DNA from: Gemmatales bacterium
GTDB lineage: Bacteria; Planctomycetota; Planctomycetia; Gemmatales; Gemmataceae
Direction of reading: 5' to 3'
DNA length: 51,643 bases
Assembly (NCBI GenBank): GCA_038247725.1
Contig: JBBRUO010000001.1
Span: forward strand, 1 to 51,643
Positions within the stretch are counted from its first letter, which is position 1; each line of letters begins with the position of its first letter. Position numbers and translations under genes: made by a program. Below are positions 45,100 through 51,643 of this stretch, piece by piece. Below the pieces are notes generated by a model. That model saw only the letters and a program-made list of their open reading frames with translations, was not told the origin of the DNA and did no database searches.

Positions 45100-45546
45100 T
45101 TACCCCCACTTGATGCACACCACACCGACGACGACCAGCACCGCGCCGATCACCCGGCCGAGCGTGATCTCGCGTTGAACCAACCCCATCAGACCGAAGT
45201 GGTCGAGCAGCAGGGAGCAGAGCAGTTGCCCGCCGACCACGAGGGCGATGAACGCCGCCCCACCAAGGTCGCGCACCAAAGTCGCGCCGGCCAGCACGAT
45301 CAGCGTGCCGAGCGGCCCGCCGACCCAGTTCCACCACTGCGTACCGTTCAGCGACTCCCGACTCGGCAGCGCCGGCCGGAGAACGAGCATCGCCAGGGTG
45401 GCCGTCAGGATGGTGCCGCAGATGGAGAAGTACGCCGCCCACGCCGGGCTTTGCAGGTTCTCGCGGAACTTGCCGTTGGCGGACGCTTGCAGGGCGATAC
45501 AGGCACCCGCGAGCGCGGCGAGGACGGCGGCGAGGGAGACGGGCAT
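45100..45546 (-). CDS. DMT-superfamily small membrane transporter (YdcZ/DUF606-like)
   Basis: 148 aa with about 5 hydrophobic helices. Blocks such as GGPLG...GATLV and VVGGQLL.SLLLDHFGL are typical of DUF606. Confidence 0.7.
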   Translation of the reverse strand: MPVSLAAVLAALAGACIALQASANGKFRENLQSPAWAAYFSICGTILTATLAMLVLRPALPSRESLNGTQWWNWVGGPLGTLIVLAGATLVRDLGGAAFIALVVGGQLLCSLLLDHFGLMGLVQREITLGRVIGAVLVVVGVVCIKWG

Positions 45547-45558
45547 CTTCGGCGGTTC

Positions 45559-45627
45559 CAGGTTTCAAGTTTCAGAGTTTCAGGTTGTGTTTGCGGTGTC
45601 ACGGTTCTGTTTTCAACTTGAAACCTG
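45559..45627. repeat. Low-GC spacer with GTTTCA iterons and a 13-bp inverted repeat
   Basis: CAGGTTTCAAGTT (45559..45571) is the reverse complement of AACTTGAAACCTG (45615..45627). GTTTCA occurs three times at 8-nt spacing (GGTTTCAAGTTTCAGAGTTTCAGG). AACTTGA..CAC is repeated at 45615 and 45636. Confidence 0.6.
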
Positions 45628-45648
45628 ACACTCCGGAACTTGACACAT

Positions 45649-47016
45649 CTACATCGGGCCATCGATGGCGCGGTTCTCGTAGCGCATGAACTGCTTGAAA
45701 TACGCCAGGCTGATCTCCCCGGTCGGGCCATTGCGCTGCTTGGCGATAATCACTTCGAGGATGTTATCTTCCTGTCCGCCGTCGAACTTGCCCGGCCGGT
45801 GCAACATCATGCAGGTGTCGGCGTCCTGCTCGATGCTCCCGGACTCGCGCAAGTCCGACAGCCTCGGTTTGTGATCTTGCCGGTCTTCCGAGGAGCGATT
45901 CACCTGGGCCAGCGCGATGACGGGGATTTGCAACTCGCGGGCGAGGAACTTCAACCGGCGGGAGATCTGCGCCACCTGTTCCTGACGGGGGTCACGGCGG
46001 TTCTCCGGTTCGATCAGTTGCAGGTAGTCGATACAAATCAGCCGGATATCGTGTCGCAGTTTCAACCGGCGGGCGTTGGCGGCGATCCTGAGCATCCCCT
46101 GGGCCGGGCTGTCGTCGATGAACAACTTCACCTTGCCGGTCGCGGCGTTACCGTTCAACTGGTCGTTCGCCCGCAACAGCTTGTCGATCTCCTCGGACCC
46201 GAGGTGCCCCTTGCGGAGCCGCTGCCCGTCCACCTTCGCCTGACAGCAGAGCAACCGCTCGGCCAACTCGATCCGCGACTGCTCCAGGCTGACGAAGAAG
46301 ACCGGCAACTTCTCCTCGACGATGACGTGCCGCACCACATTTAACGCGAACGCCGTTTTCCCAACGGACGGCCGCGCGGCGATGATGATGAGTTCGTTAT
46401 TCTGCAACCCGGCGAGCATGTTATCCAGATCGACGTACCCGGTCGGGATGCCGGACACGTCCTTGTGCTCCTTGCCGGTCCGCTCGTCGATGCGGGTGAG
46501 GGCGATTTTGAGCGTGTCGGCCAGCGTGTGGGTGACGCCGGTGGTGCCCTTCTCCGCGATCTCCAACACCTTTCGCTCGGCGGTACCGAGCAGTTCGTCG
46601 GCCCCCGTCGCCCCGTCGTAGGCGTCGCGGATCAACTCGTTGGACACATGGATCAGGTTCCGCACCACGGCCTTATCGCGGACGATGCGGGCGTAATACT
46701 CGGTGTTGGCGGCGGTCGGCGCGGCCTCCCACAACTCCATCAGGTACGCGGCCCCGCCCACGTCTTCGAGTTGTTTTCGCGTCTTGAGGATTTCGAACAG
46801 GATGACCAAATCGACCGGCTTGCCGTCGCTATACACGTCGATGATGGCCTGGATGATCTTCTGGTGCGCGTCGAAGTAGAAGTTGTCCGGGCGGACGATG
46901 GTGAGGATGTCGTTGAGGACCTGGTTGTCGCGCAGCACCCCGCCGATCACCCCCTTCTCGGCGTCCTTGGACTGCGGCGGGAGTCGGTCGGCGGGAAACA
47001 CGTCGGCGGCGGACAT
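45649..47016 (-). CDS. dnaB: Replicative DNA helicase DnaB
   Basis: 455 aa. It has the N-terminal block PPQSKDAEKGVIGGVL, Walker A IIAARPSVGKTAF, FFVSLEQS, IDYLQL and SGSIEQDAD. No intein-sized insert is present. Confidence 0.95.
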   Translation of the reverse strand: MSAADVFPADRLPPQSKDAEKGVIGGVLRDNQVLNDILTIVRPDNFYFDAHQKIIQAIIDVYSDGKPVDLVILFEILKTRKQLEDVGGAAYLMELWEAAPTAANTEYYARIVRDKAVVRNLIHVSNELIRDAYDGATGADELLGTAERKVLEIAEKGTTGVTHTLADTLKIALTRIDERTGKEHKDVSGIPTGYVDLDNMLAGLQNNELIIIAARPSVGKTAFALNVVRHVIVEEKLPVFFVSLEQSRIELAERLLCCQAKVDGQRLRKGHLGSEEIDKLLRANDQLNGNAATGKVKLFIDDSPAQGMLRIAANARRLKLRHDIRLICIDYLQLIEPENRRDPRQEQVAQISRRLKFLARELQIPVIALAQVNRSSEDRQDHKPRLSDLRESGSIEQDADTCMMLHRPGKFDGGQEDNILEVIIAKQRNGPTGEISLAYFKQFMRYENRAIDGPM

Positions 47017-47137
47017 GGCCGGACTCCGGGGGTGTCACGAAGTGGGCATTCTACCGGCGGCCGGCGGGAAAATCTTGTCCACCTTCCGCCGGCGGTGTAC
47101 CATTCGATGAAGACGCCCTCACAAATGGACCACGCTC

Positions 47138-47719
47138 ATGAGTCGCACCGTCTGGGTCTTGACGATGGTGGTCGGCTTCGCCGGAACGAGCTGGGCCGAT
47201 CCGCCGCCGGGGCGCGGCATCGGTACGATCTTCCTCGGCACCCCGATTCACGCCGGCGGTCCCGCCTCGTTCGGTGGGTACGGCGGCGGCGGACTGAGCA
47301 TCGGCTTCAGCAACGGCCGCGGCTTCGGGATCGGCATTCACATCCCGGCCAACCCCGCCCCGCGTTACTACCCCGCGCCGCTCTACCCGCCGGTGCAATA
47401 CACCCGCTCCTCGGTCATCTACCGGTCGCCGGCTTACGCCCCCGGTGGCGTGTTCGACCTGCCGCCGCTCACGATCTCGAACCCGCTCGCCGCCCCGCGC
47501 CCGACGAACCCCGGCGCGATCCCGCCGGCCGCCCCGATCAACCGGCCGCCCGACACTTTCCGCTACGACGGCGGACCCGCCACCCCGGTGCCGCTGCCGG
47601 CCCCGGACGCCCGCCCGCCGGCCCAGGTGAAGCCGCCGAGCGACGGGGTTATGGTGTCGCTGCCCGGCCGGCCGGTGGCGAAGCCGGGATACGGCTACCC
47701 GGCGCACACGCCGAAGTGA
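47138..47719 (+). CDS. Secreted Pro/Gly-rich hypothetical protein
   Basis: 193-aa ORF with the signal MSRTVWVLTMVVGFAGTSWA. It is low complexity (P, G, Y rich), and the coding status is only moderately supported. Confidence 0.5.
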   Translation: MSRTVWVLTMVVGFAGTSWADPPPGRGIGTIFLGTPIHAGGPASFGGYGGGGLSIGFSNGRGFGIGIHIPANPAPRYYPAPLYPPVQYTRSSVIYRSPAYAPGGVFDLPPLTISNPLAAPRPTNPGAIPPAAPINRPPDTFRYDGGPATPVPLPAPDARPPAQVKPPSDGVMVSLPGRPVAKPGYGYPAHTPK

Positions 47720-48001
47720 GCCGAGTTACTACCGTTGCAGCGGTAGGCGGATGACGAACACCGCCCCGCCGCTCGGCCGTGGCGAATGATCATGTCCCCG
47801 CCGCGTTCGCGGAGCGCCTTCCGCACGTCAGCCCCTCGCGCCGACACCGCCTGGAATCTATCCGTCCGGCCCCTGCGATCACCTCCGTCACCCGTCCCGC
47901 CACTCCGATTGCGACCTCTTCCCCCATCGCCACCGCTGCCGACTTTGACGCTCCATTTCAGACGGTTAAGCTGTCCTCACTCTCACCGATGAGGTTCCGC
48001 C

Positions 48002-48679
48002 ATGCCGCCGGAAGAGGAAATGCTCGTCGCCCTCGCCGACACCCGCTGCCGGGGCACCTTCGAGGGGCACGTCACCACCCGCGCCACCGATGACGCCACC
48101 CGCGCGCGGTTTCAGGCCGCCTGCGCCGAGATGGGCGTGAAGCCGGTCCTCATCGACCTGCCCGAAGGGGTGGAGCCGTCGCAGCCGATGACCGCCTCGT
48201 ACCACCGAGGCGAGGTGCTCAGCGCGGCCGGCGAGCTGGCGGCCGTCGCGCGGCAGTTGCGACACGCCGGCTTCGCCATCGTGCGGGTGAAACTCGAAGC
48301 GGTGACGACGAACGACGGCATCCCGGAGGCTGACACCGACCCACAGCCGACGGAGCGTTACTTCGAGTATCACGTCAAGTTGCGATTGCCCGCGACCCCA
48401 GACGAGGTTTCGCTGAACGCCGTGTGCGACCGGCACGCGGCGAAGTTGTCGCGGAATGCGTTCAAGACCGACCCGGCCGGAAGCTGCGAGCGATTCGTCA
48501 CGCTCCGGGCCTACGGCGTCGGGCGGGTGACGGCCGAGTCCCGGCTCGACGCTCTGGTTGCGGACCTCGTTCAGGCCGGGTTCGACGTGCGGAACAAGCA
48601 GAAGGAGTATTCGCTCTTCGACAGCCATGTCCGGTTGGATGCCGGGTGGATCGACCCGCCCGCCGGGGGCACGCCGTGA
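48002..48679 (+). CDS. Two-lobed protein of unknown function (2H-phosphoesterase-like duplicated FE-x-HV motif), partner of the AbiEii-like gene
   Basis: 225 aa. An internal duplication is visible by eye. Lobe 1 reads GTFEGHVTTR...LRHAGFAIVRVKLE and lobe 2 reads RYFEYHVKLR...LVQAGFDVRNKQKE. No HTH was recognised. Its stop overlaps the downstream GTG. Confidence 0.6.
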   Translation: MPPEEEMLVALADTRCRGTFEGHVTTRATDDATRARFQAACAEMGVKPVLIDLPEGVEPSQPMTASYHRGEVLSAAGELAAVARQLRHAGFAIVRVKLEAVTTNDGIPEADTDPQPTERYFEYHVKLRLPATPDEVSLNAVCDRHAAKLSRNAFKTDPAGSCERFVTLRAYGVGRVTAESRLDALVADLVQAGFDVRNKQKEYSLFDSHVRLDAGWIDPPAGGTP

Positions 48680-49518
48680 CCGACCCCCTGCTCTCGCACC
48701 TGATCGGCGTGGCGAACGACACCGGCCGGCCGCTCGGCGAGGTGCTGCGGCACCACTTCCTCGAAGGCATTTTGCGACGGCTCGGCGGGACCGACGCCTT
48801 CGCCCTGGCCGGCAGCATGTTGACTCGCGTCTGGTCCGGGGCCTTCCCCCGCGCGGCGGCCGACGTGGACTTCCTCGGCACCTTTCCGCACGATGTCGCG
48901 GAGACCACCCGGCGGTTCGTGCCGCCGCTCGCGGCCGACCACGACGACGGCATCCGCATCGACATCACACGCGGCTTTTCAAAAGGCATCTGGCAAGACA
49001 CGGCGTTTCCCGGCGTCCGGCTGTCGGTCATCGGCAAGCTGTTCAGCCAGCGGCAAGCGACGACCGTGGACATCGGGTTCAACGACCCGCTGGTCCCGCC
49101 GGCGGAGCGCATCGCGTACCCGCCCGTGTGGGGCGACCCGGTTCCGGTTTTCGCCGTGCATCGGGCGACGTTGGCCGCGTGGAAACTGCACGGCCTGGCC
49201 GAGTGGGGCGACCACAACTGGCGGGCGAAGGACGTTCTCGACTTGTGGCTGTTGACGGTCGAACCGCTCCCGGCTGATGAGATGACGGACGCGATTCGCG
49301 CGGCGTTCGTCAGCCGGGGTTACGCCGTCGCGGACGCGGCGCGGGTGCTGGCGGACGCGGCCCGGTGGGGCGATGCCGCCGCGCAAGCCAAGTGGGCGGC
49401 TCTGTTCCGCGAGTGCCAGCCCGACCCCGTTCCCGTGATGTTGACGGACGCGATTGCCGACATCCGCCGCCGACTGGCCGGTTGTTTAAGACCTCACCCC
49501 CCGTCCCCCTCTCCATGA
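48676..49518 (+). CDS. AbiEii/AbiGii (DUF1814, MenT-like) nucleotidyltransferase family protein
   Basis: A GTG at 48676 forms a GTGA overlap with the upstream stop. Pol-beta-type NTase motif: LAGS-x15-DVDFLG. Further blocks are TVDIGFND, AAWKLHGL and RAKDVLDLWLL (the R.KD..DL motif typical of AbiEii). The last ~10 codons and the stop are supplied by the repeat element at 49488. Confidence 0.75.
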   Translation: MTDPLLSHLIGVANDTGRPLGEVLRHHFLEGILRRLGGTDAFALAGSMLTRVWSGAFPRAAADVDFLGTFPHDVAETTRRFVPPLAADHDDGIRIDITRGFSKGIWQDTAFPGVRLSVIGKLFSQRQATTVDIGFNDPLVPPAERIAYPPVWGDPVPVFAVHRATLAAWKLHGLAEWGDHNWRAKDVLDLWLLTVEPLPADEMTDAIRAAFVSRGYAVADAARVLADAARWGDAAAQAKWAALFRECQPDPVPVMLTDAIADIRRRLAGCLRPHPPSPSP

Positions 49519-49676
49519 ATGGAGAGGGGGTGTTCAACCCGCAACGGTGGAACGACCTCCGGCGTGTGGAACCGAACCACCCAGGAAAACCAAGTTCGGA
49601 ACGCGGCGGATCGGCAACGTTTTCGTTTTGAACACCCCCTCTCCGGGACGGAGAGGGGGCCGGGGGGTGAGGTCTT
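49488..49676. repeat. MITE-like element with ~49-bp terminal inverted repeats, each arm itself a hairpin
   Basis: Left arm 49488..49537: AAGACCTCACCCCCCGTCCCCCTCTCCATGAATGGAGAGGGGGTGTTCAA. Right arm 49628..49676: TTGAACACCCCCTCTCCGGGACGGAGAGGGGGCCGGGGGGTGAGGTCTT. The arms are reverse complements apart from one mismatch and the differing inner loops (ATGAAT and GGGAC). A 90-nt core lies between them. Confidence 0.8.
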
Positions 49677-49789
49677 TCGACTTGCCAGAAAGTTTTGCCA
49701 GACCCGATCCAGGACCATTTCTGGTTCGAGGTTGGCAAAGGTTGGGGGCTTGGATACGGGCTGCCTTCCGCCGTCCGGGAGGTTGAGCC

Positions 49790-50600
49790 GTGCCGAAGTC
49801 GCTCGTCGAGGTGTTCCACGCCGTCTTCGATCCCCGCTCCCGCCAGGGGTTGATCCACGACTTGGTGCCCACCCTGTCCCTGGCCGTGGTCGCCATCCTG
49901 CCCACCCTCTCCCGCCTGTTCCGACGCCTCGACATCGACTCGAGACCGCACTCGGCGACTGGGTGGTCCAACGGTGCCCGGATCTGGGCGACCATTTCGC
50001 CCTCGACGGCAAGACCCTCCGCCGCAGCCACGACGGGCAGACGCCAGCCGTCCACCTGCTGTCCGCGTTCGCCCCGAAGGTCCAAGCGGCGATCGGCCAA
50101 CTCCGCGTCGATGCCAAGACGAACGAACACAAGGCGGCGTTGCGATTGCTCGGCGTGCGGCCCGCGTTGGCGGGCAAGGTGGTCACCGGCGATGCCATAT
50201 TCTGCCAGACCGAGGTGGCTGAAGTGCTGGAAAAGCAAGGGACGGAGCAAGTGATCCGGGTCGAGCGGGTGCGGGCGGTGGCGGGGACGACGACGCGGAG
50301 CGTGGACTATGACCTGACCAGCCTGGACGGGTTGCGGGCCGGGGCGTTCGACTTGCTGGCGTGGATCCGCGCCCACTGGGCCATCGAGAACCAGTTGCAT
50401 GACGTCCGCGACGAGACGCTGGGGGAGGACCGGTGTCGGGTACGGAAAGGAGGTTCGGCCCAAGTGCTGGCGGCCCTCCGCAACGCCGCCCTGCACCTGA
50501 TCCACGACGCCGGTCGGACCAACCGGCGGGCCGCCACCGAGCACTTCCAGATCCACCCCGAGGACGCCATCGACCGCATCCACGCTCAGCAGTGCGAAAC
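49790..50600 (+). pseudogene. Degraded ISAs1-family transposase
   Basis: The N-terminal block PKSLVEVFHAVFDPRSRQGLIHDLVPTLSLAVVAIL is in one frame. After ~49940 the rest continues in another frame (FALDGKTLRRS..., VVTGDAIFCQTEVAE..., AHWAIENQLHDVRDETLGEDRCRVRKGG...LRNAALHLI). About 100 aa of the expected middle are missing, so the gene is frameshifted and internally deleted. Confidence 0.65.
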
Positions 50601-50606
50601 GTGTAA

Positions 50607-50945
50607 TGGCCCTGGGATCGGGATCGGGGGCGTCAACTGGCCGAGCAAGTGCCGACGCTCTGGCACGCGGCGACGACGACCCCGGCCGACCGGCGGCAGA
50701 TCGTGCGACTGCGGATCGAGCAGGTGACCGTGACGGTGCTCCCGGCCGACAAACGGGTGGCGGTTCGCATCGCGTGGCACGGCGGGGCGGTTCAATCGCG
50801 GACGGTTCGCCGGGCGGTGTCGGCGTGTCGGCAGTGGGTCGGTGGCCAGGAGAGGAAGCGACTGGGCGCGTTGCGGGAATGCCCGCGGTTGTGGTCGAAT
50901 CGCGAGAAGTTGAAAGCGTTGCGAACGCCGGGGCAACGTAAGTAA
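50607..50945 (+). pseudogene. Fragment of a large serine recombinase C-terminal region
   Basis: The translation ...QLAEQVPTLWHAATTTPADRRQIVRLRIEQVTVTVLPADKRVAVRIAWHGGAVQSRTV... resembles the conserved LW.A..T..ERK.I.R.LIE.V.V....V.I.W.GG block of planctomycete large serine recombinases. There is no catalytic N-terminal domain. It abuts the ISAs1 remnant. Confidence 0.4.
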
Positions 50946-51403
50946 GAAGACCCAAGCGGGATCGGTCTCGAACGGGTCTTCGAGTCTGACCCCGCACAAC
51001 GTATCCCGAGGAGGACATTGTTGTGGCAGGTCCATCGAAGAGTACCACCGCCGGTGGAAGCAGTTCACCGGGAGCGGAACAGTGCCAGGTGCGTTCGGCA
51101 CGAGGCCAACGGAGCCACATCGGGTTCTCGATCTAATAAATATTATAGTTATATTTTCATTTGTTTATAATAGATACAAGTTGGTTCGCGGCTAAGATCG
51201 GCATCATTCGCGAGGCCGCCCGCGACTACCTCGCGAACCCGACGTTCGTACTGCCAAACAGGGCAACTGCGTAACTCGCAAAGGGATTATCTCAAGTCGG
51301 CCGGAATCGCTCTTTATCATTCAGATGTTAAGACACGCACAAGTCGAAATTTGGAGAAGCCTCGGAACATGATGATCTCGAGGTCTTCTCCGCTGGGAGA
51401 CTG

Positions 51404-51643
51404 TCAGAACAATTCGCGGATCGGCTTGCCGCCGTCGGTGATGGGCACCGGCCGCTGGCCGTCGTGCAACTCGTGCGCGGGGTCGATGCCGAGCGCGGCG
51501 TGTATGGTGGCGTGGAAGTCCGGGATGGACACCGGACTCTCGACGATCGCCTTGCCCGCGTCGTTGGTGGTGCCGTACGCGCCGCGATGTTTCAACCCGC
51601 CGCCGGCCAGCACCAGCGAGAACGCCGTCCCCTGGTGGCCGCG
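51404..51643 (-). CDS. DUF1501 (sulfatase-like) protein, C-terminal part; 5' end lies beyond the window
   Basis: The reading frame stays open to the window edge. The translation is ...[30 protein letters not shown]...[21 protein letters not shown]...PIRELF, the typical DUF1501 C-terminus that is abundant in planctomycetes. Confidence 0.8.
   Translation of the reverse strand, partial: RGHQGTAFSLVLAGGGLKHRGAYGTTNDAGKAIVESPVSIPDFHATIHAALGIDPAHELHDGQRPVPITDGGKPIRELF

Noticed and set aside
45639-45644. Perfect TTGACA hexamer in the dnaB-DMT spacer as a promoter -35
   Set aside because: It lies on the plus strand, while both flanking genes are on the minus strand. No suitably spaced -10 was found for any gene.
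49519-50727. 402-aa ORF as an intact gene
   Set aside because: It is a chimera of repeat-element readthrough, the frameshifted ISAs1 remnant and out-of-frame recombinase DNA. It is reported instead as pseudogene fragments.

Overview
This is a high-GC bacterial chromosomal window, roughly two-thirds G+C by eye. All calls come from reading the sequence and the ORF track by eye; no search, alignment or folding program was run, so family assignments rest on motif recognition. The gene content suggests Planctomycetota, probably a Gemmata-like lineage (inference). That content includes the H4MPT-linked C1 enzymes Fae and Mtd, several secreted PQQ-like beta-propellers, a DUF1501 fragment, a TlpA-like redoxin, and TPR and AsmA-like envelope proteins. 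I can support about 45 CDSs. Housekeeping anchors are polA, coaE, rho and dnaB. No rRNA, tRNA or CRISPR array was recognised. Many long ORFs in the track are R/P/G/A-rich shadow frames typical of high-GC DNA and are not reported as genes. Main observations: (1) An exported TlpA/thioredoxin-fold protein has an in-frame TGA exactly at the first Cys of its CxxC motif (W-U-P-P-C), followed by a SECIS-like hairpin, so it is a likely unannotated selenoprotein. It sits next to a di-haem cytochrome c peroxidase. (2) An AbiEii/MenT-like nucleotidyltransferase is translationally coupled (GTGA overlap) to a non-canonical two-lobed partner with duplicated FE-x-HV motifs that resemble 2H phosphoesterases. 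This is a candidate undescribed toxin-antitoxin or defence pair, and it lies beside decayed mobile-element remnants. (3) Polypyrimidine/polypurine hairpin repeats are inserted in frame into polA (twice) and into a 968-aa protein. (4) Intergenic spacers carry very long perfect palindromes with 29-bp and 49-50-bp arms. (5) Three PQQ-like propeller genes alternate with two PaaK-like adenylate-forming enzyme genes.
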